64,000 bases of DNA from the human T2T-CHM13v2.0 reference genome, Homo sapiens, in the NCBI RefSeq assembly GCF_009914755.1, contig NC_060941.1; one strand, 5' to 3'. The position numbers and the translations under genes were made by a program. Under the pieces are notes generated by a model. The model made no database searches. It was not told the DNA's origin and saw nothing but the letters and a program-made list of their open reading frames with translations. Positions 1-15,902 of the stretch are shown in pieces. Position 1 is the stretch's first letter. Each line of letters opens with the position of its first letter.

Positions 1-325
<325 letters not shown>

Positions 326-2202
326 TCACAGCCCACACCCTGGAAGGACAGAATCTCGTCTGCCCCATGATGTCCATGCAAGACTCTGAAATTTGTTCCC
401 CATGTCCGCAGTTTTTAGGGGCTTTTTTTTTTCTTAAACAAACAAAACCACTTCCCTAAGATGATCTTATAGGTGGGTCAACATGATAGGCATCTTTCTC
501 AATAACCTTCATCATCACGCAGTGCCCTTGTTTCATCTCCAGACTAATTTAGAGTTACTGTTGTTGTTTTAACCTCTTTAAATCTCCCTAAATCTTTCTC
601 TTGAGATGGTTCCAAGATGTCAGTCCACTTCAATATCAGTCTTCACCTACAGAAGTCCTTCAAGGACCACCTCAGATGTCTCCATCTCTAGCATTAACCT
701 TTCTTTGACTGTCCCAAATAAAGGATAAACAGCACAAAGGCCAAACACAGGGCTCTGTTTTGGTGTCACTGGTTGGTGACAATGATGACAATGCCATAGT
801 TCGACCCCTGCTGTAATGAAGTGAGAGGGTCACAGAATGCACAGCAAGTCGAACAAGAACTAATCGGTAGTGCAGTAACAGAAAGGGATGCAGAGTCTGT
901 GTCACAAGGACCTGGTTCTGCCTCTTACCAGTGGAGCATCAAAAATCAATGCTAGTGTCGTTGCTATGAACACGATGTCTCATGTGATCCTGCAGCCCCC
1001 CACGAGATACATATTCCTATCCACAGTTTGCAAATGAGAAGACTGAAGATAGGGTACAGGCTTAAAAAGTAGTTTAAGCCCTCTGAGCTTCAGTTTACCT
1101 GTTGTGGGAAATGGGGAATGCTGATACTACCTCCTATACCATCAGAATTAAGTGCAGTAATATTCAACCATAGAGCAGGCATCCAAGAATGGTGGCTATT
1201 TTTAATCATGATTTTTACCACTTATAAAGATGAGAGACCAGGTGGATGATGATTTTTTTCAAAAACACTGTTCTACTGGCTAACCAGAAACAACCAGCTT
1301 TGCAAGCCACTGCAAAATCCCTTGGAACATCCCATAAGCAAGGGAATGGCATGTATGTCATACTTGCATTAGACACCACCACAATTTGCATGCCTTGGCA
1401 TGTGTGTGAGACTGCAGATCATCCAAGGGACCTTGGAATCCTGCTGTAGCTTTTCTGTGGTCTCTTGGTGTGCAGACTAAGCAATAGGCAGGTTATCAAG
1501 GCATTAGAGGGAGAACCAAGGCAGGTCTGGGCTTGGGCCTTAGGAGGTGGGTGTCTGCAGGCATGGGGATGGCAGGAAGCCTGGAAATGGAGCTTCGGTG
1601 GCCTAAACGGGAGCCTGGAGTCCCATTTGCTTCCTGGGATATGGGAGCTGAGGGCGTGAGGAGGGTGCCAATCTGCACCCTGTTTTCTTCTGGGACCCTG
1701 AGGGCAGAGCCACTGGGGTGCTGCGAGTGCTCCAGACAGGGAGGGGAGACGGCTGTGACTCACAGGGTTCAGGGAGGATTTGGAAGGTTCTCAGAAGACT
1801 GGGCGGCTCCCCATGCTCCTAGTCACTAACCACACGGCTTCAGGTCTGAAAATCTTCCCCAGTGCCTAAATTTCCTTGTTTTGAGGAAATAGAAGGAATA
1901 GGTTTGGATCCCCCGCCTCCAAAGGTTTTAGAGCAAAGGTTTATGGCTGCTATATTCAACAGTTCTTTGGGGATTGAGGTCAGGCCCCTTTGGAGTAATT
2001 TTGATACCTGACCATGCAAATATAGACACAGCAATCCTCTCCAATGGGTGTTACAGTGGAGAAGTGGGGCAGTATCAGAAGGGGAAGCTGAGACCCCCAT
2101 TTCTTCCCCTCCAAAACTATATAGCTAGCTGTTCATTCCTAAGGTCTCCCAGCTAAAAAGCACAGACATCTTTGGTTCCTGCCTCTTCCCAATCATTTCT
2201 AA

Positions 2203-2553
<351 letters not shown>

Positions 2554-3989
2554 TAATTTTCCCCTTTTTTTCTGTTGCCTGTGCCTTAACCCTCTTATCT
2601 GGATCCTGGAATAGTCTCTTTACTGATATTCACGACCTCAGTCTTCTTCCCTTCTCCACTCCAGGCCTCCATCACTGCCAAATTCACTGTCCAGGGCACA
2701 GCTGCAAGCACTTATTTCCCTCCTATGAAATCCTTCAATAGGTCCTTGTTGTCCGTGGACTCTCATCCAAATTCCTACTTTAGCATTTCCCCAAGTGTTT
2801 TACTTCTTTAAATCTTCCTCCCCACCCATTGCCCTCCTACCTAAGTTCTATGTTTAGTGTTCCTGTACTTTCCTCCCACCTCATGCTGTTCCATCACCTT
2901 GGAATGCCTTCTTCTACACTTTCATCTCCAGAAATTCCTCCCAGCCAAACTCCCATGGAACTTCCTCCTTGAATCTTTTCCAGTCCTACAACCAACCAGA
3001 TGTGAGCTTTCTTTCTCACTCCCCCAAATTTTCATAAAACTCCAATTTCTTTTATTGTTCTTGCCATATTTTGAGTAATAGTGATTTAGGCATATTTCTC
3101 ATTTCTTCTAACTGAGGGTGGGCAGAGGCAATGTCTTACTCAACTTTGTGCCTCGTCCAAAACTTAGCACAGCACCTTGTGCACAGAAGGTACTTAACAC
3201 TGATTATGGAAAGAAGTTGGAAGCTCTCCACTAGTACTGACATATGCAGCTACTATGGCCTGAGTATATTTTTGGTATTAGTGGGTTACAAAATATTTTA
3301 GGGGTTTGATGGTTTATAATCCAAGACAAATATGGTCTTTTTCAGAGTATTTCGTTCCAAGTTGTGTACAAAGAAAACTTTCTAAATAAAGGAACTCCCC
3401 AGGAGTTAGGCAATGCTACAGCAGGGTCAAAGAGGGAAAACAGCAAAAGCGTTAGTCAGGATTAGACACTTCTCTATGAGTTTGAACATCACTGGGTAGT
3501 TCAGAGCTAAGGGTTTGCATAGGTATACAATGTATCTCTCTGTTTTTAGTTGCATTGGGACAAACTAACTCCAAAATAATTTAATTCAAAATCATTTTGA
3601 TTGCACTGGAGAAAACACATTTCTTTTGATGGGTAGTTTTAAATGCTGACTCTCCAGGAGAAAATAAAAGCTTTCAGTGTCTTCAGATATGAAAATAAAC
3701 GGTCAACATGAAAGATGTTATTCTGATCTTTCAAAATTTAAGGAACTTCCTTGGATTTACTTCTGCATCTTCGGTCACTTAGTCCGTGTCTCCTTTTCAG
3801 TCTACCTTGGTCTGTCATTAAATACAACAATTCTGAAAGCTTCTGTTCTGGCTTTTTTCTTTCTCCCTCTAGCCTTGCTTTGGATGTGATTGCATCCACC
3901 GCCCTAGCTTCAATGATCACTTGTGTGCAAAGGACTCATAAATTTTTTCTTCCAGCTCTCTCAGCAGTAGACTCATAAATTCCACTGCT

Positions 3990-4212
3990 CATATCTGTAA
4001 AGGACAAGATAGCAAATATTTTAGCCTTGGTGGACCCTATGGTCTCTGTCTCAACTGCCCAAACCTGCTGTTATTGCACGAAAGGGGCCTTAGGCAATCT
4101 GTAAACGAACAGGCAAAGCTGTGTTCTAATGCTGCTTTTTTTGTTTGTTTTTACAAAATCAAGTGGTCATGGGCCAGATTTTGTCTGCAGGCCACAGTTT
4201 GCCAACCCCTGC
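3990..4212. mobile_element. MER58-like hAT DNA transposon
   Basis: Typical 'atctgtaaagga...aaatattttagccttg...' body and terminal 'tttgccaacccctg'. Confidence 0.65.
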
Positions 4213-4542
4213 CTTAAAAACATCTACATTCAACATGTTTAAAACTAAACTCTTGATTGTCTCTCTAAGCCTGGGCCTCAGTTGTGGCTTCTGTTCTGCC
4301 CAGTGAAGGCCACCTGTCATAGGTCAGGTTCTCCCTGAAGCTGGCCCTGGGCTTTGGGTTTAGGAGCAGGTGATTCATTATGAAGGTGCTCCCTGGAGAA
4401 ACCAGTAAGAAAGTGAGGACAGGGGAGGAAGAAGCCAGACAAAGAAGTCCTAGTCTTGGTCTAATCCTTTGGGGAGCTGTTAGGCTTGGTATACCTGAAA
4501 GTTTGTCCTGCATTGAAGCAAAGGAGCTGAGCCTTTGTACTC

Positions 4543-4906
4543 TGATATGGTTTGGTTCTGTGTCCCCACCCAAATCTCATCTCGAATTGTAATCCCCACG
4601 TGTCAACGAAGGGACCAGGTCAAGGTGACTGGATCACGGGGGTGGTTTCCCACATGCTGTTCTCATGATAGTGAGTGAGTTCTCAAGAGAGCTGATGGTT
4701 TTAGTGTGGCACTTCCTTGTTCTTGCACTCGCTCCCTCCTGCCACCTTGTGAAGAAGGTACCTGCTTCTCCTTCACCTCCCGCCATGATTATAAGTTTCC
4801 TGAGGCTCCCCCGCCATGCGGAACTGTGAGTCAGTTAAACCTCTTTTCTTCTACATTACTCAGCCTTGGGTATTTCTTTATAGCTGTGCAAAAACGGACT
4901 AATACA
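4543..4906 (+). mobile_element. THE1 (THE1D-like) MaLR solo LTR
   Basis: TGATATGGTTTGG...GGACTAATACA with a perfect 5-bp TSD TACTC. Confidence 0.9.
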
Positions 4907-4968
4907 TACTCTTACTCTGGTCAGTCATTGGCTATGACTGTTCTTGGGGAAAGAGAGAATAGGGGGAG

Positions 4969-5770
<802 letters not shown>

Positions 5771-6362
5771 GGAGTTTCTAACAGAATAAAATTCCTAGGC
5801 ACTGCCCGATCTTTCTAAGGGTGAGGTAAGTGTCTTAGCCACTAGCCACAAAGCATACAGAAGCTCCCTCCTTTTCAGTCTACCTTGGTCCATCATTAAA
5901 CACTACAATTCTGAAAGCTTCTGTTCTGGCTCTTTTTCTTTCTCCCTCTAGCCTTGCTTTGGATGAGATTGCATCCACACCCCCCAGCTTCAATGATCGC
6001 TTTTGTGCAAAGGACTCATAAATTCCAGGAGTTATCCTGGAGTCAGAATTCCAGGAGTTATCCTTGAAATTTCTCTCTCCCTTCCCAAAATGTCCCCTGC
6101 ATCACCGAATTGTGTAGATGTTACCTCCTTTAACAGCTCCTGAATCTGTCCACCCCTCTTCTCTACCACCATCACCCTAGCCTGTCACCTGGACTTTTCC
6201 AATAGCCTCCTAACTGGAAGTTCCACTGGGACTCTCTTTGATCAGCACTCCTAACTGTAACCAGAATGATTGCTTTTTCAAAATGCAAATCTAAACCTTT
6301 AGCTTCCTGCTCAGAAGCACTCAATGTCTCTTTATTGATGTTAAATGAAAACAAGCTTCCTT

Positions 6363-6568
6363 AGGCCTGCACTGGCCAATATGCAATAGCTACTAGCCAC
6401 ATGTGACTAATTACATTTAAACTAATAAAAATTAAAGTCACACCAGCCACACCCACCACATTTTAATTGCTAAGTAGCCACATGTAACTAGTGGCTACCC
6501 TTTTGCACAGCACAGATGATAAAACATTTTCATCATTGTGAAAAGTTCTATTGGACTCAGTGGTCTAG
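6363..6568. mobile_element. MER3/MER33-like hAT DNA transposon
   Basis: Imperfect terminal inverted repeats (cactggccaata / tattggactcagtg) and internal 'tagccacatgt' motifs. Confidence 0.6.
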
Positions 6569-6902
6569 GTTCATGTTCTTCTATCCCAGCTACAAAGGCA
6601 ATGATCTATCCACCATGGGTGCTTGGAACAGCCATATCCTTGGCCTGGGGCACACTTTCCTCATCTTTGCCTCCTCGTTTGTCTCATTTGTCTACCAGCT
6701 CAGGCCTTCATTCCTTGGAAGTCTGCATTGGCCTCCGGAGAGGTCCCATGTCTCTGTTTCTGTGTTGCGTTGCACAGTGTCTCTCTCCTTTATCCATGCT
6801 GCACTTACAGTTTCACATTTGCTTGTGTTCATCCACCCCAGACACCACAAAGGTAGAGTCTATTTCTGTTTCTGCTTAACCCTTGAATCCTTAGCATCCT
6901 GA

Positions 6903-7220
<318 letters not shown>

Positions 7221-8787
7221 AACAGATGCTCAATAAATATTTGTTGAATGAATTAATGTGCTCCTTATCTCACACCTAGTGGATGATAGCTTCAGGAGAA
7301 CGACTTTCTGTATTTTTCTGGAAAGACAGCTAATGGGAACCATAAGCTTACTCAAGCCCAGTATAGGAGAAGTTGATTTGCATGCTCTCTGGATAGGATA
7401 TGTTTGCTATAATGTTAAAATTTCCAGAAATCCTGCCTCCCATTCTTCCTTCTTTCCAACTTTGTCACATCTTAAATTTCCTGGGGCTTTCCTGAGTTAG
7501 GATGAACCGAAATGATAATGAGAAATAACTTCTGTCCTTTCTGCTGAAATAACTAGTCTCCCTTTGGCATCTGGCCACACATTCTCCTCCAAAAGTAGTG
7601 ATGCCAAGTCCTCTCAAGTATAGCTATTTAAATTGCATGCCACAGAATTTATATTTTGCTAAATTCACTGGTTACTAAGCTATTATGAGAAATGGCACTC
7701 TTTCTGTTTTGAGAGCTCATACTGAGGTCTCCTGGGGAGGAATTTGGTGATAATCCATTAAGTATTTTCTAATTATTTGAACCCCTGTACATTTCCTGGA
7801 GCTGTTCATTCCAGAGCAATTCTAGGAGGCACTGTGTCAGATGGAGAGGTATGATGGGGTCCGCCCAGTCCCATCACCTGGGTTAGGATGGTTGACCTGC
7901 AGAGGTTCATGAAGCTCTGGTCATCAGTGCCTGGGATCCCAAATAGTGAGAGGAAAATGAGAAAGGGGCTGTCAGCACTCAGGAAAAATCTCTTCGTTGG
8001 AAACTGAATTTACTGCTCATTGTGCTATACCATCAGAAGAGAAATGGAACAGCAATGAAAGAGCTGGAGCCATGTGCTTTCTTCCCAGTTAAACTCTAAG
8101 TTTCCTGAGGGCAAGGATCTACCCTGGATTTCTTTTGCATCCTCCTCAGTATTTGAAGGAGCACTCAGGAGTGCTATGCACACAGTAAATATTCTATAAA
8201 TAACCGATTATTAGATGCTTGAACACGTTTCCTGCTGCCAAAGCTCCATCATACTCCAAAACACTAGTATCAAAACTTGAGGAAGAAAATCCCTTGGACA
8301 CAGGAATTGCACTTGAATTCTATCCATGGAGTTCATAAGGTTGGTCTCACTCATTTAATACATTTCCAAGAGCACTCTGTCACACAGACAATTAGAAAAG
8401 CATTATAGTGAACTTCTATAGCACTCGGCTTTTAAATTAAATCTTGCATCTGTTTGATCCATATGTCTCTTTCAGTGTTCTTATCCTTGACGTGGGTCCT
8501 AGAAAGAACATTTTCTCAAGGTTGTTTTTCTTTTTTTTCCCCATGGCTGTGATGAATTTGGAAGAATCCTCCTTCATACTGTTCTATTTCTCCTGTGACA
8601 CGGAAGGATTCAGGTTTTGTGAGACCTGAAGCTAATACAATTTGGAGGACCATCTTTAAGCAAAAGAGTACAAAATTACGAATACAAAACCAGGTATGAG
8701 AGTAAAGGTTTATTTAGAATGAAAAAGAATCAATAAATTACTGGTGACTTGAAGGCTTTTTTCTGAGATATCAAACTTATGTAGAAA

Positions 8788-8826
8788 TATATATATGTGT
8801 GTGTGTGTATATATATGTGTGTGTAT

Positions 8827-8892
<66 letters not shown>
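8788..8892. repeat. Compound (TG)/(TA) microsatellite with a perfect (AT)29
   Basis: Seen directly; adjoins an old Alu remnant at 8895-9071. Confidence 0.97.
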
Positions 8893-8894
<2 letters not shown>

Positions 8895-8895
<1 letters not shown>

Positions 8896-9071
8896 GCAGG
8901 GAATATAGGTGCATTCCACTACAACTGGCTATTATTTTTATTTTTATTTCTTTGTAGAGACAGGGTTTTTCCATGTTGCCCAGGCTGGTCTTGGACTCCT
9001 GGGCTCAAGCCATTCACCTGCCTTGACTTCCCAAAGTACTGGGATTACAGGTGTAAGCCACAGTGCCCAGC
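8895..9071 (-). mobile_element. AluJ-type partial
   Basis: Diverged Alu left arm. Confidence 0.8.
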
Positions 9072-10258
9072 TGTATGTAGAAATATTTCTTGATCATAAC
9101 CTGGCTCCCTTCTCAACTCCACAGCATTCAGCACCCACAGGGGAAGTGAGGGGAAGTGGGCTGAGGCTTCATCAGCTTCATGGTAAATCTGCCTCTGACA
9201 GGCAATTGTGCAATTCACAATCCAGGCGTATTTGTTGAGCACTTTCAGAGACATTAAGTCTGGGTCCTTATCCAATGGACTTTCTTGATTCTTCTAACCA
9301 GTTTCTGAGTATGAGACCATCAGAGCAGTAACACTGAGTAGTAGTAACTGGGCCAAGAAGGGCATGGGCTTTTGGAAATGGCTTTTTGGTGTTCACTGTT
9401 GGAATGGGCTTCATTTCTGAAACCTCAGCACTGCGTTTGTGCCGGCTGCCTGTGTTCATGATAGAATTATGCAGAACGATCAACTCTCCCCAAAATGCAT
9501 CTTCAGCAGAACGAGCTGACTCATCATCAGAATTCTATGGGTTGTCATAAGCAGGCTGAAGAATTGTTTCTGTTTTCTTTTTAATTTTATTTATTTATTT
9601 ATTTATTTTTGTTTTAAGAATTGTTGACTGACTTCTTCCCACCGCTCCATCTCATGGGCTCAAAAAACATATTTCTCATTGCTTCCCTTTCTGTTCATCT
9701 GCCTCCTCGCCCATTTATCTCTGTGTCCTAGAGGCCAAGGGAAGTCCAAACAAAGCTCTGAGGCAATGTGAGTGGGCCGGAGCTGCAGTGATCTGCTAGA
9801 CCCCAAAGTGAGCTCCCAATTCCTTCTCATGTCACCTCCCCAAAGAGAAATGCACCCCCGCTTTGGAGGCTGTCCTTCCAGCCCTGAAAGATTATCTGCT
9901 TCAGCTAGCTCATGAATCAAAGCTTGATTTTAAGGAGCAGGTGATAGGTGGTAAATGCTGCTGTATCTGTAAATCAGAGTCACCATTAGTGATGGGTTTG
10001 TGAATCTAGAAAGGGGAAAGGGTGGGAGAGGCAGATCCCTCATCCCGAGTCCTGGCTCTGCCACTCACAGCTGTGTGACCTAGGGCAAGTTATCTAACCT
10101 CTCTGCGCCTCACCTCATGTGAAAAGTCAGGATAATAAATGTACCCACCTTATAGAATTTTAGTGAGGATTAAATGAATTAAAGTTTATGTTTCTTAGCC
10201 TGTTTTTTGTTGCTTTATAACAAAATACTTGAAACTGGGCAATTTATAAGAAATAACA

Positions 10259-10547
10259 CTTCTCCCTTTCCCTTTCTTTCCTTTCTCTTTCTTTCTTTCT
10301 TTCTTTCTTCTTTCTTTCTTTCTTTCTCTTTCTTTCTTTCCTTTCTTTCTCTCTCTTTCTCTTTTCCTTCTTTCCTTCCTTCCTTCCTTTCTTTCCTTTC
10401 TTTCCCTCTCTTTCTCTTTTCCTTCTTTCCTTCCTTTCTTTCCTTTCTTTCTCTCTCTTTTCTTCCTTCCTTCCCTCCCTCCTTCCCTCCTTTCTTTCTT
10501 CCTTTCTTCCTTTCTTTTCTTTCTTTCTTTTCTCTTTTTTTTTCTTT
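10259..10547. repeat. CT-rich low-complexity tract (expanded Alu tail)
   Basis: About 290 nt of pyrimidines, (CTTT)/(CCTT)n. Confidence 0.95.
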
Positions 10548-10828
<281 letters not shown>

Positions 10829-10889
10829 ACATTTATTTCTTACAGTTTTAGAGGCTGGGAAGTCCAAGGTTGAGGGGCATATCTGATGA

Positions 10890-11204
<315 letters not shown>

Positions 11205-11614
11205 TGAGTGTGCTAGCTCCGGTTTCCTTTCCTCTTCTTATAGCACCATGAGACCCACTCCCACGATAACCCGTTAATCTGTTAATCCATGGATCCATAA
11301 ATGAGTTAATCCATTCATGACAGTAGAGCCCTCATAACTCAATCACCTCTTAAGGACCCCACTTCTCAACATTGCCACATTGGAGATTAAGTTTTAACAT
11401 GAATTTTGGAGAAGACAAGCATTCAAACCGTAACATCATGTGAGTTATTGTTACTGTGACTTCTGGGACTCAGTACTGGTAACTTTATCCTTTACAAAGG
11501 GGAAGGAATACTGTGAAGAATTATTTCCAACTTCTGCTTAATTTCCCAGTTACCTGAGTTCTGCTTACCAAGGTGAAGTCAAGAGCTCTATTTGGCATTC
11601 CCTAGGATGGTCCC

Positions 11615-12111
11615 TGGGGTAGGCTGAATAATGGTGCCCCCAAAGAGATCTGCGTCTTAATCTCTGGGCTTGTACATACCCTATGTGTCCAGATGGGCTG
11701 GCAGATATGATTAAAGTAAGAATCTTGAGATGGAGAGATGATCCTGGGTTATTTGGGTGGGCCCTACATGTAATTACAAGAACCCTTATAAAACAGACAC
11801 ATAGACAAGAAGACAGAGAAAAGAGGATGAGGCAATGTGACCACAGAGGCAGAGACTGGCATGAGGTGGCCACTAGTCGATAGGTACAACTATTATGTAT
11901 CAATATTTTTTTAAAAAAGAAATTCCTGGAGTCACCAGAAGCTGAAAGAGATAAGAAATGGATTCTCGCCTAGAGCCTCAGGAGGGGACACAGCCTTGCA
12001 TACATCTTGAGCTTGGACTTCTGGCCTCCAGAAATGTAAGACAATAAATTTATGTTGTTTTAGGCCAGTCAGTTTGTAATAATGTGTTCTGGTGGCTTTT
12101 ACAAATATACA
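11615..12111 (+). mobile_element. MLT1C/D-like MaLR LTR
   Basis: Start 'ggtaggctgaataatgg', internal 'cttgagatggagagatgatcctggg', and AATAAA followed by 'tgttgtttaggcca'. Confidence 0.75.
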
Positions 12112-12115
12112 AGCA

Positions 12116-12215
12116 GGCCAGGCACAGTGGCTCATGCCTGTAATCTTAGCACTTTGAGAGTCCAAGGCAGGAGGATTGCCTGAGGCCAAGAGTTCAAGAC
12201 CAACCTGGCCAACAC
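12116..12215 (+). mobile_element. Alu left-arm fragment
   Basis: GGCCAGGCACAGTGGCTCATGCC... ending after 'ctggccaacac'. Confidence 0.8.
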
Positions 12216-12230
12216 AGGTTCACTTTACTT

Positions 12231-12641
12231 TACATATATATATATATATTTTATATATATATGTCTTCACTTTATATATATTATATATTTTATATATTAT
12301 ATATTTTATATATTATATATAATATATTTTATATATTATATATTATAGATATTAGATATTATATATTTTATATATTATATAATATATATTTTATATATTA
12401 TATAATATATATTTTATATATTATATAATATATTCTATATTTTATACATTATATATAATATATTCTATATTATATATAAAATATAATATAGAATATTATA
12501 TTTTATATATATTTTATATTTATATATTATATTTTTATATTTTATATTATATATATTATATATTATATATTTTATATTTTATATATTATATATTTTATAT
12601 ATTATATATATTTTATATTTTATATATTGTATATTTTATAT

Positions 12642-12699
<58 letters not shown>
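12231..12699. repeat. AT-rich low-complexity array followed by (AC)27
   Basis: About 410 nt of nearly pure A/T, then a perfect AC run at 12645-12698. Confidence 0.95.
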
Positions 12700-12701
<2 letters not shown>

Positions 12702-14288
12702 ATCAGCCATTGGCAGTTACAGCTGCCACCGGGCAGGGCGTGATGTTTAGGCACTGCTGTTTCTGAGAACCAAGTCCAAAGGGCGCCCCCTAAGAATGGC
12801 CTTTCCCTTGCCCAGGAGCTAACCCTGGGGAAGTGGATGGTGTTAGGCTGGAGAGAGGTTCTTGCTTCTTCATCTCATCCCGAATTCTGAAACTTGGCTG
12901 CATGCTGAGCCCTTTAAATGGGTCTGGCCAGCCAATGGAACAAGCTCCCATAAGAGTACAAAAGCCCAGTGCTCAGCCAGCTCCAAATTCGTAGTGCCAT
13001 GGTCCTCTCTGGCTCTCTAGACCCTGCCCCCATACCTGCCTCAAGCACTCTTTGCTTCAATCCCCCACACCTCACATGTAATAATTGTCACCATTTCTGG
13101 AGCCATGGCTCTCTGCCAGCACCTTTTATGAAGACTTCACATGTGCTGGCTCATGACTCTTCACAACAGCCCCATAAGACAGGTCCATTGTTAGCCCATT
13201 TTATAGATGAGGAGACTGACTTGAGCTAGCTCAAGGTCACCTGCCTGGTGAGTGGCAGGCACAGTGCAGTGATTTGGACCTGGCCGACTGGCTTCCTAGG
13301 CCAAGCTCTTCATCATGACCCTACGTGCTGACTGCATCATGGTCCATCTGGCACCTCCTGGCTCCTCATGCTGCAGCCCTGAGCCCAAGGCTCCCTTCTG
13401 ACTGTCCCAGCCTCCTCCCCAGGGAGAGAGACCTGTAAGTCCATAAATGCTGTGAGGGTGCTCAGTCTGGGCAGGGAGATCCTCGCTGTAGACACCTTTC
13501 AGACACTTAGTGGTGGGTACTACAGAAAACGTTAGTTACATGTAGTTGGGGACCTAGGGACAAAACGACTTGCTTAACTGATGAGCAAATCTGAGAAAAA
13601 ATTAGGAATCAAAATATGATTGTTTTAAATGGTTTTATCAAAGTGGCTAGACTTGCCCTGTTGATTTTGCTCAGCCCTGTTCATTTTGAATAGCCTAACA
13701 GCTCTGAGTCAAAATGGCCCCAGGCTGAGCTAGTTGCCTAGGGCAGGCCAGGAGGGACATTCTAGGAGCTGGGACTCTGTCTATAGTAAAAAGTCTGCTT
13801 ATCTACCCTCACAACAACTTTCAGACACCCTGGAGAAGAATGAAAGAATGATCCCTCATCTAAGAGTCCCCAGAGTCCAGTCAGGGAACTAGCAGATGCC
13901 TTCTATCCGGGCCAAGTTTCCCAGATTCTTGTTTTGGCTATAGAGCTAAGATCCAAAACATCTAGCTCCACACAAATAAACTTAGAAAGAGCTGCCAACG
14001 GTGACCACTCTGAGGGGAGTGACCATGTGCAGAAAGACAGTCAAGGCTTGCAGAAGTCCTGCCATGACGGCTCCTGCTCAGAGGACATCTCTTAAACCAT
14101 TTCCTTACGTAGCACACACCAATTCCCCTCTATTCTGCATGGTACATGACACATTTTGGGAAACATGAAATATTAAAGCTGGACTGCGGAGCTCCTCAAC
14201 CTAATTGTGATGTGATGATTCACGCAGCACAGGGGCCTTGCAGCTGCAGAATCTCCCTTTCTGCAGAACTGTTGCCTCCCTGCTGTAG

Positions 14289-14488
14289 ACCAGTGGTTCG
14301 CCACTGGGGGCGATTTTACCCCTCAGGGGACATTTGGCAATGTTTGGAGACATATTTGGTTGTCATAGTTGGTGGGGAGAGTGCTGAGGGCTGTTGTAAA
14401 CATTCTCCAATGCAAAGGACAGCTCTGCACAAGAGAAAATGATCTGGCCCCAAATGTCAGTAATGCTGAGTTAGAAATCCTGGGCTAG
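14289..14488. mobile_element. MER20 hAT DNA transposon
   Basis: 'cagtggtt...gggggcgatttt.cccc.caggggacatttggcaatgt.tggagaca' is the MER20 signature. Confidence 0.8.
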
Positions 14489-15578
14489 AGCCATAGAATA
14501 ATGAGCAAATAAAGCACTTAATCCTCTGATGATGGCCTGAAAATTGCTCTGATGGATTTTGCACTCGGTGTAATTTAATATTTTCCATAGACGCGTAAAA
14601 GCCTTCCTCAGAGCCTCTCCACTCCTTCTATAGCTTCTGCACAGCCAAAAATTAAAAATGTTACTTAATTGTTTAAAAAAAGAAAACCAATTTGAGTCAG
14701 CAAGCATTTAGTTGTCAGACTTCTACCAACCTAACAAGCATATTGATAAAACACTAACACACGTGTTAGTTGCAAAAGATGCAATATTGATTTATTTAAA
14801 TGTCATCATTGTGGTGCTTTTCAATCTTCCAACTGTGTAATCCTAAAATAAATAAATATATATTTCACACACCACACACACACACACACACGCACACTAT
14901 TAGCAAGTGACATTGGATAGACAGGTGTCCTCTCTTTCCTCTACCATTTTCCTGAATGCAAAAAGAAGAAACGTGGTGTAAAGGCAATACTCTGAGAGAA
15001 CCAAGACAAAGCAGGAGCTTTAAAAATCCACCCCCTGGGTCCTCTAATAATCAAAGGTTTACCAGAATATATTTATTTTCAAAAGTGTCTGAATTCTGCC
15101 TTACTGCCTATCATACAGGCATGGGCATTTGAAAGAGAGATGGATTTGAATGTTGGGGAATCTGCATGTAGGTGGGTACAATACGGGGTTAGGCTGGGGC
15201 ACATATTTTCATGGTTCATAAGCAAATTTCCTTGTGGCTCACTCAGATTAAATTCTTTCAAGTCCTTGGCCTGTGAGCTAGTGCTAATTTGCGTGGTATT
15301 ATTTTTCCACCTGATTTGCAAACCAAGAGAATGATAGCAAATGTTGGCCTCCTTTCCTCCTCAGCATGACCAGTCACCCATGTGGTAGGATAATTTATTG
15401 AGATATTAATGTGTTTTTTGTTCTTCCGGAATTTTACCCACCCCTGTTCTCAGAAGATAGCTGGGCCTTTGTGTTCCTTGCCTCAGAGTGTTTTTAGGAT
15501 CCAGGACCAAGGGGAAGTTTAGACAGGTAGCCAGGCTTCTCTCACTCCTTCCTTGGATTTTTAAAAATGTCTAGGCTC

Positions 15579-15902
<324 letters not shown>

